Assembly (NCBI GenBank): GCA_040766505.1
Contig: JAXGQJ010000009.1
Location: 13,251-77,250 of the forward strand
Length of the DNA: 64,000 nucleotides
Source of the DNA: Clostridiales bacterium
GTDB lineage: Bacteria > Bacillota > Dehalobacteriia > UBA7702
Reading direction: 5' to 3'
Shown here: piece by piece, positions 1 to 11,586 of the stretch
Layout of the letters: every line of letters starts with the position of its first letter
How positions within the stretch are numbered: the stretch's first letter is position 1
Notes under the pieces: model-generated
What the model saw: only the letters and a program-made list of their open reading frames with translations
Database searches by the model: none
Told to the model about the DNA's origin: nothing
Translations under genes and position numbers: made by a program

Positions 1-502
1 TGCCAAGACGAAGCATCGTGTTGACGAAATTGGCGCCGTGGCAACCGAAAACCCAGGATATGCGCAGGATAAAATGGCGGTCAAGGGCCGCTTGCACGGC
101 GTCCTCCCCCAAGGATTTTGTATAGCCATAGTGATTGATGGGCCGCCGCTCTTCCTCCACTCGGTGGGGAAGTTCCCCCGCGCCGTCAAAAACATAATCG
201 GTGCTGATATAAATCAACTTGGCCCGAACCGCGGCGGCGGCTTCGGCCACATATTTTGTGCCGTTGACATTGACATCGTAACAGAGTTCCTTTTCGTTCT
301 CAGCCTTGTCCACGGCGGTGTAGGCGGCGCAATGGATGATCGCCTCCGGAGCCGCATGACGAATATATGCCATCACCGCCTCCTTCTCTCTAAGATCAAA
401 ATCGTCGATGTCACTGCCGATCATCACAAAGCCGCGCTTTTGGCCTTCTCTGACGACGTCATAGCCGAGTTGTCCCTGGGCGCCGGTAACTAAAACTTTC
501 AT
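1..502 (-). CDS. rfbD: dTDP-4-dehydrorhamnose reductase, C-terminus cut by window edge
   Basis: Not in the ORF track because it runs off the window. Reverse complement from the ATG at 500-502 reads MKVLVTGAQGQLGYDVV...IHCAAYTAVDKAE...YGYTKSLGE (Rossmann motif, YxxxK). Lies in an rfbA-C-B-D run. Confidence 0.85.
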   Translation of the reverse strand, partial: MKVLVTGAQGQLGYDVVREGQKRGFVMIGSDIDDFDLREKEAVMAYIRHAAPEAIIHCAAYTAVDKAENEKELCYDVNVNGTKYVAEAAAAVRAKLIYISTDYVFDGAGELPHRVEEERRPINHYGYTKSLGEDAVQAALDRHFILRISWVFGCHGANFVNTMLRLG

Positions 503-546
503 TGTCTTTCCTCAATTTCATATCTTGTTTTTACCTTATCCAACCT

Positions 547-1566
547 CTACCGATTGCCATACATTTTTTCATAGTAATTCTGATAATCGCCTTTCAAAAT
601 TTCCTGCCACCAATCCCGATGGTCAAGATACCAGCGAATCGTCTGCTCAATTCCCACATCGAAAGCTGTTTCCGGCTGCCAGCCCAGTTCCTCTTGCATT
701 TTGGTCGGATCAATGGCATAGCGGAGATCGTGCCCGGGACGATCCGTGACATAGGAAATCAGGCTTTCCGGCTTTTTTAAGACCCTTAGGATCGTTTTAA
801 CCACGTCGAGGTTGGCCCGTTCATTGTGGCCGCCGATATTATAGACTTCCCCTACCCGGCCTTTTCTCATCACAAGATCAATGGCATGGCAATGATCCTC
901 TACATAAAGCCAGTCTCTGATGTTTTCTCCCTTACCGTAAACGGGGAGGCTTTCGTCATGTAAAGCCCGGACGATCATTAAGGGAATCAGCTTTTCAGGA
1001 AAATGGTAGGGGCCATAATTATTAGAACAGCGGCTGATGGTGACCGGCAGGCTGAAGGTACGGTGATAAGCCTGTACCAAAAGGTCGGCAGCGGCCTTTG
1101 AGGCCGAATAGGGGCTGCTGGCCGTCAGCGGTGTTTTCTCGGTAAAGAAAAGATCGGGCCGGTTCAAGGGCAGGTCGCCATAGACTTCATCGGTGGAAAC
1201 CTGATGATAGCGGCGAATACCATATTTGCGGCAGGCGTCCATTAGCACCTGGGTGCCAAGAATATTGGTTTTCAGAAAAATTTCAGGGTTTTCCACCGAA
1301 CGGTCTACATGGCTTTCAGCGGCAAAATTGACAACGATATCAAAGCATTCCTCCGCAAAGAGGGGAAAAACATCGTCCCGATTGGCGATATCTCCCTTGA
1401 CGAAGCGGAAATTTTCCTTTTCCAGCGCTACCGCAAGGGTTCTCAAATTTCCCGCATAGGTTAACTTATCGAGGCAGACCAAGCGATCGTCGGGATGATG
1501 ACGCTGCTGAAAATAGATAAAATTGCTGCCAATGAAACCGGCGCCGCCGGTGATCAAAATATTCAT
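547..1566 (-). CDS. rfbB: dTDP-glucose 4,6-dehydratase
   Basis: Track ORF 547..1686. Likely start is M41, MNILITGGAGFIGSNF (GxxGxxG). YSASKAAADLL (YxxxK) is present, and the length is typical of RmlB. Confidence 0.9.
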   Translation of the reverse strand: MNILITGGAGFIGSNFIYFQQRHHPDDRLVCLDKLTYAGNLRTLAVALEKENFRFVKGDIANRDDVFPLFAEECFDIVVNFAAESHVDRSVENPEIFLKTNILGTQVLMDACRKYGIRRYHQVSTDEVYGDLPLNRPDLFFTEKTPLTASSPYSASKAAADLLVQAYHRTFSLPVTISRCSNNYGPYHFPEKLIPLMIVRALHDESLPVYGKGENIRDWLYVEDHCHAIDLVMRKGRVGEVYNIGGHNERANLDVVKTILRVLKKPESLISYVTDRPGHDLRYAIDPTKMQEELGWQPETAFDVGIEQTIRWYLDHRDWWQEILKGDYQNYYEKMYGNR

Positions 1567-1576
1567 GGCCCTCTCC

Positions 1577-2130
1577 TTAAAAAACGAAATTACAGTCGCT
1601 GTCCTTAAGCAATGGCGCATTTTCATCCTTGGCGGACAATACCGGCGTGTCGATCCCCCAGTCGATGCCGAGTTCGGGATCGTCAAAGCGAAGGGAACGG
1701 TCGGCGTCGGGGCAATAGAACTGGTCTACCTTATAGCAGAAAAGCACATTGTCACTTAAAGTCAAAAAACCGTGGCCAAAGCCGCGGGGTAGCAACAGCT
1801 GTTTGTGATTGTCCGCAGAAAGTTCCACCGCCACCCACTGTTGATAGTGGGGGGAACCACGGCGCAGATCAACGGCGACATCCAGCACAGCGCCGCGGGC
1901 CGCACGCACCAACTTTGTCTGGGCCATCGGATTGAGTTGAAAATGTATCCCCCGCAATGTGCCCTTATGGGCCGTGAAGCTCTCATTGTCCTGCACAAAA
2001 TCATAGGTAAGACCCAGTTTCGACATGGGCCTCCTTTAGACCAGGTTTCACTAAAATAGCCCCGGTGATCACCGAAGACCCTCGGTTTGATGATATAAAC
2101 ACCGGGCAATGATGTTTCGATCTGTTCCAT
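1577..2130 (-). pseudogene. rfbC: dTDP-4-dehydrorhamnose 3,5-epimerase, one apparent frameshift near 2030
   Basis: The N-terminus MEQIETSLPGVYIIKPRVFGDHRGYFSETWSK (ORF 1762..2130) continues in another frame as LGLTYDFVQDNESFTAHKGTLRGIHFQ... (ORF 1577..2026). A GAGGAA RBS precedes 2130. Confidence 0.85.
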
Positions 2131-2145
2131 CGGTTTCCTCGCTTC

Positions 2146-3030
2146 TCAATATTTGATAAAACCCTGGGCAACCTTACGCAAATGGTCGCCATAGGGGGAT
2201 TTACCATAGATTTTTGCTGATTCCAACAGCGTTTTTTCGCTGATCCAATGGTTGAGCCAAGCGATCTCCTCCGGTGCGGAAATTTTGATCCCCTGGCGCT
2301 TTTCGATCATGCGTACGAAATCCGCCGCTTCCGCCAGGGAATCGACGGTTCCCGTGTCAAACCAGGTGAAGCCGCGCCCCAGTAGCTTGACTTTGAGCTG
2401 CCGCTCCTCGAGATAAAGACGGTTTAAATCGGTAATCTCTAACTCACCCCGCAGGGAGGGTTTCACCCGTTTGGCCAAATCCACTACGCGATTGTCATAA
2501 AAATAAAGGCCGGTGATGCAGTAGTTGGATTTGGGACATTGGGGTTTTTCTTCCACAGAAAGCACCCTCTCCTCTGCGTCGAATTCCACGATGCCGAAGC
2601 GCTCGGGATCCGATACATAGTAACCGAAGATCGTGGCTTCCCCCGCCTCAGCGGTGGCCACAGCCTGCTTCAAAATGGTGCGAAAGCCGTTGCCATAGAA
2701 AATATTGTCCCCCAAGATCATGGCGCAGCAATCGTCGCCGATAAACGATTCGCCCAGCAAAAAAGCCTGGGCCAAGCCGTCGGGAGAAGGTTGCACCTGA
2801 TAACTCAGGTGCACACCGTATTGAGAGCCGTCACCTAAAAGCTGCTCAAAGTTGGGCAAATCCTCCGGCGTGGAAATGATTAAGATATCCTGGATTTCCG
2901 CCAGCATCAGGGTGGAGAGGGGATAGTAGACCATCGGTTTGTCATAAACCGGCAACAGTTGCTTGGATGTAACCATGGTAAGAGGGTACAACCGCGTACC
3001 GGCACCCCCGGCTAAAATGATACCTTTCAT
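2146..3030 (-). CDS. rfbA: glucose-1-phosphate thymidylyltransferase
   Basis: [18 protein letters not shown] nucleotidyltransferase motif. 294 aa, intact. Confidence 0.92.
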   Translation of the reverse strand: MKGIILAGGAGTRLYPLTMVTSKQLLPVYDKPMVYYPLSTLMLAEIQDILIISTPEDLPNFEQLLGDGSQYGVHLSYQVQPSPDGLAQAFLLGESFIGDDCCAMILGDNIFYGNGFRTILKQAVATAEAGEATIFGYYVSDPERFGIVEFDAEERVLSVEEKPQCPKSNYCITGLYFYDNRVVDLAKRVKPSLRGELEITDLNRLYLEERQLKVKLLGRGFTWFDTGTVDSLAEAADFVRMIEKRQGIKISAPEEIAWLNHWISEKTLLESAKIYGKSPYGDHLRKVAQGFIKY

Positions 3031-3044
3031 TGTTTACGATACCT

Positions 3045-4548
3045 CTATATCTGTTTTAAGAAGCCGTCCTTGTGTTCCTTCAATAGGAGAACAGCAGCAA
3101 TACCAAAACTGTACATCATAATTCCCAGGGCCGCATTCAGATAAGGATTAAAGAAGGAAAAAATACATACAGCCAAAAAGCCTGCGACAATAACGCCGAC
3201 AAGGAGCATCTGTATATTATAGGGGGGGCCTCGGCGTAGGTATTTTATTTCCCGGAAAAACCAATATCCGCAAAGAAATGCGGGAGCAAGATACAGCAAC
3301 AAACCGATAATCCCCATTTTCATCATGACATCTAAATAAAAAAATTCATTATAGTCCCTATACTTGATCACCGCACCCAAACCGTTGCCCACAATTGGAG
3401 AGATTTTGATTTTCGCCAGCATCGCCGATAATGTATATTGTCGGTATTGGTCAGACACAATTTCCGAGTAATGCAAATAGGCATCGGTCTGTTCTCGGGG
3501 ATTCTTAGAACGATCAATATAACCGGCATCATCGTTTAAATTGTCCAGAACATCTTGATTGGGAGCAGCCTCTCCATTTTCTTGTGGCACCGCATTTTTC
3601 TCCGGTACAACATCAGAGCCGGCGGTACGTTGATAAGCAAAACCAAGATAATTTGCGCCAAAAGCCAGATACGCACCAATCAATAAAACTGCAACAACTA
3701 TCGTTGAGAATAGTAAGTGTTTAAACAGAATGCGACCGTGCCCTGATAAAAGCACCAAAAATACGGACAAAAAAAGGCCAATCAGTGCTGATAAAAAGAT
3801 AGAGCGGGTAAAGGAAAAGAGAATCGCCAAAAAACAAAGTGCGGTTGTCGCCACGTAGTGCCACTTTATTTCCTTATTTTTGCATTGAAAATAAAAACAA
3901 AAGAATACAGCGATTACCATATATGGAGTACCAGGAGAAAATAGACGAACGATTTGAGGAGACACATAATTTAAAAAAGGAAGTCGTCCCGGATTAGGGT
4001 AGAGAGCCATGGCGTAAAAGATTCATTCAAATTATGCAATAGTTGGATGCCACAAAGAAAAACGCAAACAGTGCCGAGCCAGCGATGATGGCTGTCATGG
4101 CCATTTCAAATCTTTGGCGATTACGAAAGATGCAGATCATTCCGGGTAAAGTTAAAAAATACAAAAATCCTTTGACGTCACTGAATAGAACTTGGGGGGG
4201 ATTTCCCAACAAATATCCACGCATGGCGCAAAAGACCAAGTATAGATAAAAGGTAAGCCAAATTAGAATCAAAGTATTTCGTAGCAAATGTTTTCTGTGG
4301 CGAAAAACAAGAGGAAAAGAAAACAAAAGAATCCCCGCCCAAAGAAGCATCCGCACATTTAGACCATAAAAAATAGATAAGGAAGCAAAGGCCAAGAAGG
4401 TACAGCTAAAAAGCAAGGTTATAGCAAAGATGTAAGAAAGATAGTCTATGATCGCCACCGGTCTAGACAAAGATGTATCATAAGATAGACGTTTTCTGTT
4501 CAAATTTAGCCATTCCTCTCCTTGATTTTTAGATCCAAATCGCACCAA
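3045..4548 (-). pseudogene. O-antigen polymerase/ligase-like (Wzy_C-type) polytopic membrane protein, split into two ORFs
   Basis: ORFs 4027..4548 and 3045..4010 are both multi-TM and lie in different frames 16 nt apart. The downstream part has an FTRSIFLSALIGL segment, a large hydrophilic loop and a GNGLGA motif. The region is AT-richer. Confidence 0.55.
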
Positions 4549-4566
4549 ACTTTCAGTGAATCAGGT

Positions 4567-5535
4567 TTATACTTTATGCTCATTTTTGTTCCCTCTCATT
4601 TTTCTGTAATCACCAAAGATAATCAGCCATACATCAGCAAATAAACTTTTCCAGCGCATATTGCGATAATCCCAGTATACCATCAGCAGTGGCAAAAGTT
4701 GCCGCTGCCGGATCATCCTTTGCCTCTGTATACTGAAATCATATTTCTCTTTAATCCTCTCCTTTGCTCGAGGTAGGGGCAGATCAGCGGCAGTGAGGTT
4801 AAATAGCATCCGATTGTAACTTTCCATTTCTGCAAGCTTGCGCTCTAAAGAGAGTAATTTAAAAACCCGATGCTCCTCATTAGCAGCATTATGATCATGC
4901 CGACGGTGATGGCAACCTATATATTGGTACTCATAAAAGCCTCCATTTTCTGCGGCAAAAAGCGCCATTACAACATCATGAATGGCCAGGAGATCATGAT
5001 AGAATTCAATGGTCGCATCAAAAAAAGTTTTGCGCAGCGCCATCGTCATACCGGGCCATCGCAGGGCCTTCATAATATCGTCAACGGAAACGGCGCGAAG
5101 GGCACCGGTTTCTTTCACCTTTTCTACCATCAGCCCACTTAAAGCCTCCCCCGCCTTACCAATTATGTCATAACGGCAACTCAATAACAATATATTGGAA
5201 TGCCTCTCCATTAACGCCGCCATTCTTTCGATTTTATCCACAACCCAAATGTCGTCTTGATCCGATAAAAAAACGATGTCTGCCGTGGTAAGGGCAATCC
5301 CACGATAAAAATTGCGAACATAACCCAAGTTTTCTTTGCTTCGGTATAACTTCCAAATACCCGCCAAGCGGTGCTGCAAAATAAATTCCTCAATTAAAAG
5401 AACGGAATTATCAGAGGAATGATCGTCACATAAAATTACCTCGTCAGCACCACGGGTTTGGTTAAGAATCGAAAGAAGCTGTTCTTTCAAATATTTCTCT
5501 CCGTTATAAATAGCGACGACGACAGCAGTGGTCAT
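4567..5535 (-). CDS. family 2 glycosyltransferase
   Basis: N-terminus VVVAIYNGEKYLKEQLLSILNQT...VILCDDHSSD and an FLSDQDDIW (DxD-like) motif. 322 aa, intact. Confidence 0.8.
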   Translation of the reverse strand: MTTAVVVAIYNGEKYLKEQLLSILNQTRGADEVILCDDHSSDNSVLLIEEFILQHRLAGIWKLYRSKENLGYVRNFYRGIALTTADIVFLSDQDDIWVVDKIERMAALMERHSNILLLSCRYDIIGKAGEALSGLMVEKVKETGALRAVSVDDIMKALRWPGMTMALRKTFFDATIEFYHDLLAIHDVVMALFAAENGGFYEYQYIGCHHRRHDHNAANEEHRVFKLLSLERKLAEMESYNRMLFNLTAADLPLPRAKERIKEKYDFSIQRQRMIRQRQLLPLLMVYWDYRNMRWKSLFADVWLIIFGDYRKMRGNKNEHKV

Positions 5536-6264
5536 TTATAGGTGCCACTCCTTTCGCAACGCACATTTCTTATCCCGAAGAGCGCAAGCCATCACCAACC
5601 GCATTCTCAAAATGGTAGCAAGCCCTCGGCGCCGGGTCGGCGTTACATTGTCGCCATGAAGGCGATGGTGGATTAAAACATCATCAAGAAAACCGATTTT
5701 ACCAAACTTCTCGGCGCAAAGCCCGAGCCAGCGATCATAAGCGTCAATGTCATCGGGAATGGGCAGGGCAATTTTGGCAAATTCGGCAGTAAAAGCCATG
5801 CAACAACCGCTATAACGGGATTTTAAAAAATTCCGCCAGAAGGACGGCCCAATACGATAGGAGGAAAAAAGTCACCGCCAACGATGGTATCCGCCCCATT
5901 GATGGTAACACCATTGTGCACGATGAGGGAAGCGCCGGTTTTTTCTAAAGCACCCACCATACGCTCAATTTTTCAGGAAGCCAAACGTCGTCCTGGTCAG
6001 AGATGAAGAAGAACTGTCCTGGCAATGCTTCAAGGCATTGTTAAAATTGTCATTGATGCCGCTTCCTTGGTCTATTACAACTCTGATGCGGCCATCCTTT
6101 ATAGCATATTTATTAATGATCTCTAATGTTCTATCGGCGGACTGATCATAAGAAACAACCAATTCATCTTCATTCCCTAGTTGGCAAATAATAGAGTCGA
6201 GTTGTTTTTCTAGATATTTCTCTCCTTGATAGACCGCCATGGCAACGGAAACTCTCACCGACAT
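5536..6264 (-). pseudogene. second family 2 glycosyltransferase, at least 2 frameshifts
   Basis: MSVRVSVAMAVYQGEKYLEKQLDSI...VVSYDQSADRT begins at 6264, inside track ORF 5965..6615. The C-terminal part HHRLHGDNVT lies in ORF 5536..5799. The middle part is readable only in a third frame. Confidence 0.65.
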
Positions 6265-6265
6265 T

Positions 6266-7411
6266 TCAATTGTCCTCCTCCAGGATTGTATCGATCCGCC
6301 GCTGAAACTCTTCCTCAAAACGGGCCAGGAAAATTGGGTTTCAAATAGTGTCCGGCTGCTTTTACGCATTGCCGGATAATCGTTTTTAAGGGCGTCCAAA
6401 ACAAGGCGGGCGGTGACACTACCGGTTTCCCGGTAAGATATACCCACCCGATGCTGATTGATAAATTCCTCCGTATCTCCGCCAACGGTGTTAATTACCG
6501 GCAGACCGCACTCAAAATAATCGACGCTTTTCATCGTCAACCCAATACAGACCGTGTCCTTGAGGATATTGATGCCGAAATGACAATGGTCAAATATTCT
6601 CTGTTTTTCCGCCATATCGTAAACCTCTCCATGATACTTTACGGCGGCGCCAGCCTTTCAATTCATCTAACAGGATATCCCTCTTCTCGCCATTGCCAAT
6701 CACATGAACCATTACCGGTTTTTCAGCAACCAGGGCCCTTACTAGACGGCAAATCCGCGGAATGTCAATAATGTTATTGATGGAGCCGAGATAAGCAAGG
6801 CTGATTTTTCCCTCATCGAGGATGGGCCGGCTGCAAAAAGATCCGACAGGCCGACAAAGATAGAGCGTAGATATCTTTTCGGCGGGAACCGTCTCGGAAA
6901 TCAATTCCCGGAAAAGATTGCATTCTGTAAAAATATAGTCCGCGCGGCCAATATTCTTTTCCCGCAGATTTTTCCAACAACGATAGGGAGGGAGCAATTC
7001 CACTTTTTTTAACGGCAGCGTTTCCGGCCAAAGATCAAGAACGTCAAAAACAATCTTTACCCCAGGGTGCCGCCGTTGATAGGATACGGTTTCCTTAACC
7101 AAAGAATTCGGGGGAACCAAAACATAGAGAAGATCTGGTTTATAGGTCGCCGCCACTTTGAGAGCTGCCCGGGAAAAACGGTAATGGGAGTAAATTCTCT
7201 GCAAGGATAGGTTTTTTCGATAGGCAATGACAGGGATAAAAACCAAATTTTCCCGGTGGTCATGGCGGCGGTCACGTTGCAGATGAAGAAAATCCGATTC
7301 GATTAAGATCACTTTAAAGCCCCTGGCTAGGAGCTGTTTTTCTACGTCAAGAACTCTCTTTTCATATGTATCGAAACAGGTTATAATTACCGCTGTTCTC
7401 ATTTCATTCAT
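6266..7411 (-). pseudogene. GT4-type (Glycos_transf_1-like) glycosyltransferase, about 2 frameshifts
   Basis: ORF 6590..7411 continues as ...DYFECGLPVINTVGGDTEEFINQHRVGISY in ORF 5965..6615. The tail EEEFQRRIDTILEEDN-stop is in a third frame, just after a TTTT run. Confidence 0.6.
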
Positions 7412-7419
7412 TTCCGCCC

Positions 7420-8436
7420 TTACTCCACACCGTCTGAGGATCCTTCCGTTGCATCGCCATTGTCATAAATAATTGAATGAATCCGCTTTGCCGCCTTATC
7501 CAAATCATATGTATAATACCAGACCCCGTCACCGGCGATGCCGCCCCTGAGGTCGGTTTCATATTGGGCGTCCGGAATCGTATATTGTTCAATGGTAAAA
7601 TTGGTCAAAGCAATGGGGGAAAGGGCAAGAATTTCGCTATAACTCAAAGATGTCTCCGCGGAATTCAGCAATTCACGGATAAAGCGGGGATAGTCCGTTT
7701 TGGGCATACCCTTGATCTTAACCAAAATTGCTGAAAGCACCTTTTGCTGCCGGGAAGCCCGGGCATTGTCGGTATCGATTTTGCGGATACGAGAATAGGA
7801 AACGGCCTGTTCCCCTGTGAGAATGACCTCACCGGAAGAAGAAATCGTGGGAGTACCCGGAAAATGCTGCACCGCGAGAGCATTGGCCATTTCTACTTCT
7901 GACTTATTCAAAGTCAATGTAACGCCGTCGACCGCATTGATAATCTTCGACAGTTGGTTAAAATTGACGGTTACGTATTCTTTGATGTCGAGCCGGTAAT
8001 TCTGGTTTAAGGTTTTAACCGCCAAGGTGGGGCCGCCATAGGCATAGGCATGGTTGAGTTTGGTTTCGCCGTGGCCATCCACCAGCACCCTACTGTCCCG
8101 CAGGATCGAGGTCATCTTAATCTGTCCCGTCGCGCTGCCGACGGACAAAACAATAATAGCGTCGGACCGGCCGCTGTCGCTGTTGTCCCGGGCGTCGACG
8201 CCAAAAAGAGCAATATTAACGATATCGCTATCCTTCTCCACCGCCTCGGAAATGCCCAAGCTGACATCGTCTTTGGGCAAGTCCGTAGTGGTCAGGCCGG
8301 AGACAACATAATAGAGGCTGCCAAACACAACACCGGTGGTAAAAAAAACAGCCACGACAAGGACGGTAAAAAAAATGAACCATCCGTTTTTCTTTTTTTT
8401 ACGGTTTCTTTTATGCCCCGTTTGATCGCGTTTCAT
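7420..8436 (-). CDS. LytR-CpsA-Psr (LCP) family cell-envelope glycopolymer ligase
   Basis: Basic N-terminus plus one TM helix, then LFGVDARDNSDSGRSDAIIVLSV and KLNHAYAYGG motifs. The start is taken at M25 (MKRDQ...). Confidence 0.85.
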   Translation of the reverse strand: MKRDQTGHKRNRKKKKNGWFIFFTVLVVAVFFTTGVVFGSLYYVVSGLTTTDLPKDDVSLGISEAVEKDSDIVNIALFGVDARDNSDSGRSDAIIVLSVGSATGQIKMTSILRDSRVLVDGHGETKLNHAYAYGGPTLAVKTLNQNYRLDIKEYVTVNFNQLSKIINAVDGVTLTLNKSEVEMANALAVQHFPGTPTISSSGEVILTGEQAVSYSRIRKIDTDNARASRQQKVLSAILVKIKGMPKTDYPRFIRELLNSAETSLSYSEILALSPIALTNFTIEQYTIPDAQYETDLRGGIAGDGVWYYTYDLDKAAKRIHSIIYDNGDATEGSSDGVE

Positions 8437-8769
8437 AAAGCTCCTTTGCCGACACAAAAATGCATCATTTGCGGTTTTGATTGCTAAAAAAGATAAAAAA
8501 TCCAGCATACGATCTAGAAAGCAAGATAATTTTACCTCTTTTCGCTGTTATTGTCAATTCAAATACGATCTAAGAAGGACTTTGGTTCCAAATTGTTCCA
8601 AAACACGCAAGGATTCTCTTTCACGTTTGCGATGGCCTTTCATCGATGGGATGGGGCTTTTTTTCTTTTTGGAGGCGAATGCCCGCCGCCATTGGCGGCG
8701 CCGGGTGCTTTCGCCCCAACCCGGACGATACCGGCGGATGGTATTTTTTTATCCCATTGCCAAATCCCC

Positions 8770-8799
8770 TTGACAAAGGCGGCGCCCACAGCGTATTAT
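8770..8799 (+). promoter_or_regulatory. sigma-A type promoter of cadC-cadA
   Basis: TTGACA (8770-8775), an 18-nt spacer, then TATTAT (8794-8799). Confidence 0.55.
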
Positions 8800-8823
8800 A
8801 CGGTTGAACAATCTTTCAACCGT
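8800..8823. promoter_or_regulatory. candidate ArsR/SmtB operator (perfect 9-6-9 inverted repeat)
   Basis: ACGGTTGAA-caatct-TTCAACCGT lies immediately downstream of the -10 box and upstream of the cadC RBS. Confidence 0.5.
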
Positions 8824-8842
8824 TTGTTTTAGGAGGTGCGCC

Positions 8843-9211
8843 ATGGTCTCTTATGCGCCGGAAGCGGATCGTTGCGATTGCCATACGATCCACGAGGATA
8901 CAATTAAAAAAGTGCGGAACCATATGCCCGAGGAGGAAACGCTGCTCGACTTGGCGGATCTGTTTAAGGTTTTTTCCGATTCCACCCGGGTCAAAATCCT
9001 TTGCGCGCTGTTTCAAGCGGAAATGTGCGTATGCGACATCGCTGTTTTGCTGGGGATGACGAAGTCCTCCATCTCCCATCATCTGCGCGTTTTGAGGCAG
9101 ACAAAACTGGTGAAATACCGCCGGGAAGGGAAGATCGTCTATTATTCCCTTGCCGACGATCATGTGAAAAGTATTTTTCACCAAGGTATGCTGCACATCG
9201 TCGAGGGCTAA
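8843..9211 (+). CDS. cadC: ArsR/SmtB family metal-sensing repressor (CadC-like)
   Basis: LADLFKVFSDSTRVKILCALFQAEMCVCDIAVLLGMTKSSISHHLRVLRQ (wHTH with a CVC site). AGGAGG RBS; the start is at MVSY. Confidence 0.85.
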   Translation: MVSYAPEADRCDCHTIHEDTIKKVRNHMPEEETLLDLADLFKVFSDSTRVKILCALFQAEMCVCDIAVLLGMTKSSISHHLRVLRQTKLVKYRREGKIVYYSLADDHVKSIFHQGMLHIVEG

Positions 9212-9245
9212 TTCCTGCCCGGCGAAAGAAAAATCGGTAGAAAGC

Positions 9246-11586
9246 GTGACCATCATGGCCGAACATCAGAAAAAAGAATATAAGCTCGACGGTTTAAACT
9301 GCGGCCATTGCGCCGCGATGATTGGGGAAGATCTGAAAAAGCTGCCCGGCGTTTTCGATGCGGCGGTGGATTTCGCCACCGGGAACCTGGTGATCGCGAT
9401 GGACGGCACCAAGGAAGCGGACGCGGTTTTCGCCGCCTCCACGCCATCATAAAAGGACATGACGCCGCCATCCGCATGATTGAAAAAACCGCGGCGGCCG
9501 ACAGCAAAAAAACCCTGTTTTTGCAAAACCTCGATTGCGCCGCTTGCGCCGACAAGATCGAGGCCAAGGTTCGCCTGCTCCCGGCATCCGTGCGGCACAG
9601 GTCGATTTCGTGCAGCGAAAGCTCACCATCGAGGCGGAAACGGCGGCGGCCTTGCCCCGGGTTCTGCGGGCCGCCACAGAGGCGATCCGGGAGATCGGGG
9701 AGGGCGTCACCGTGTCCTATCGGCCGGAAGATCCGGAGGCCGCGAACAAAAAGCGCCGGTTTCGTTCCGTGGCGCTGGGGCTGGGCGCCGTTCTCTTCGC
9801 CGCCGCTTTGGCATTTCCCATCCCCGGCGGGATGCGGCTTCCCTTTTTCCTCGCCGCTTATTTGCTCACCGGCGGTGAGGTTTTGCTGCGGGCCGCCGGC
9901 AATTTTCGCCGGGGGCGCGTTTTCGACGAAAATTTCCTGATGGCCATCGCCACCCTTGGCGCTTTCGCCATCGGCGAATACCCGGAGGGCGTGGCGGTGA
10001 TGCTGTTCTATCAGGTGGGGGAGGCCTTTCAGCGCCGGGCCGTCAACCATTCCCGCCGCTCCATCACCAGTTTGATGGACATCCGGCCGGACTTCGCCAA
10101 CCTTCAGGTCGGCGATACCGTCCGGAAAGTCCGCCCCGAAGAAGTGGCCGTCGGCGACAGGATCACCGTACAGCCCGGCGAAAAAATCCCCCTGGACGGC
10201 CTTGTTATCGAGGGCCGTTCCGCACTGGATACTTCCGCCCTCACCGGTGAATCCGTGCCCCGGGATGTGGCCGCCGGCAGCACGGTTCTGTCCGGCACCA
10301 TCAATAAGAGCGGCCTGCTCACCGTCGAAGTCACCAAGGCCTTCGGCGAATCCACCGCAACGAAAATCCTCGATTTGGTGCAGAATGCCAGCAGCAAAAA
10401 GGCGGAAACGGAAAATTTCATCACGAGATTTGCCCGTTACTATACACCGGCGGTGGTTTTCGCCGCTTTGGCTTTGGCCCTGTTGCCGCCGCTGTTCCTC
10501 CCCGGCGCGGCCTTCGGAACCTGGTTCCAGCGGGCCCTCGTTTTCCTCGTCATCTCCTGTCCCTGCGCCCTCGTGATCTCCATCCCGCTGGGTTTCTTCG
10601 GCGGCATCGGCGGCGCATCGAAGAACGGCATTCTGGTGAAAGGCGGCAATTATTTAGAGGCTTTGGGCGCTTTGGACACCGTAATTTTCGACAAAACCGG
10701 CACCTTAACAAAGGGCGTGTTCCAAGTGACCGAGATCGTCACAACGGCATTTCCAAGCGGCATGATCGACATTGCGCCCATGCCGAATGCCATTCCAGCC
10801 ACCCGATCGCCGCTGCTCCATCCGCCGGTTTTACGGCCGGGAATGTGAGGGGAGCCGCATCGGCGCTTATAGAAATGGCCGGCGGCGGCATCCGCGCGAG
10901 ATCGACGGCACGCCGGTTCTCGCCGGCAATGCCAAATTGCTGGCGGCGGCGGGCATCGCCATAGAAGAAGGGGAAAGCGCCGGTACCGTCGTCCACATCG
11001 CCGTCGGCCAAAGCTATCAGGGCCGCATCGTCATCGCCGACGAAGCCAAGGAAGGCAGCGGCGAAGCCATCAAGTCCCTGCAAAAACTCGGGGTGCGCCG
11101 CATCGCCATGTTCACCGGGGATCGCCGGGCGGCGGCGGCGCAAATCGCCGCCGAACTTGGCATCGGCGCCGTATACGCCGAGCTGTTGCCCCAAGACAAG
11201 GTCGACCAGTTGGAAAAACTGCGGGCAACGGTTCCCGCCAGGGAAAAACTGGCCTTCGTCGGCGACGGCATCAACGACGCCCCGGTGCTGGCCCGGGCCG
11301 ACATCGGCATCGCCATGGGCGCTTTGGGGGCCGACGCCGCCATCGAAGCCGCCGATGTGGTGCTGATGACCGATGAACCGACAAAGCTGGCCACCGCCAT
11401 CGCATTGCCGGAAAGACCCGGCGCATCGTCTGGCAGAACATCTGCTTCGCTTTGGCGGTGAAAGGGATTTTGCTGCTGCTGGGGGGCCTTCGGCGTCGCC
11501 ACCATGTAGGAGGCGGTGTTCGGCGATGTCGGCGTCGCCCTCCTGGCCCATCCTCAATGCCACAAAGGGTGCTGCGGTTTCATTGA
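9246..11586 (+). pseudogene. cadA: Cd/Zn/Co-type P1B heavy-metal ATPase, at least 4 frameshifts
   Basis: Two HMA motifs (GLNCGHCA and LDCAACA), CPC, DKTGTLT and GDGINDAP are spread over ORFs 9246..9452, 9308.., 9535..10848 and 10772..11461 in different frames. Confidence 0.8.

Noticed and set aside
38-493. 151-aa plus-strand ORF at the left edge
   Set aside because: It is antisense to the clear rfbD reading frame, which the track omits because it runs off the window.
8509-8769. Plus-strand terminator-like hairpins (for example ATACC-ggcgga-tGGTAT followed by a T-tract near 8727-8752), which would suggest an sRNA
   Set aside because: There is no upstream plus-strand gene or promoter, the stems are short, and the region is simply the LCP/cadC divergent spacer.
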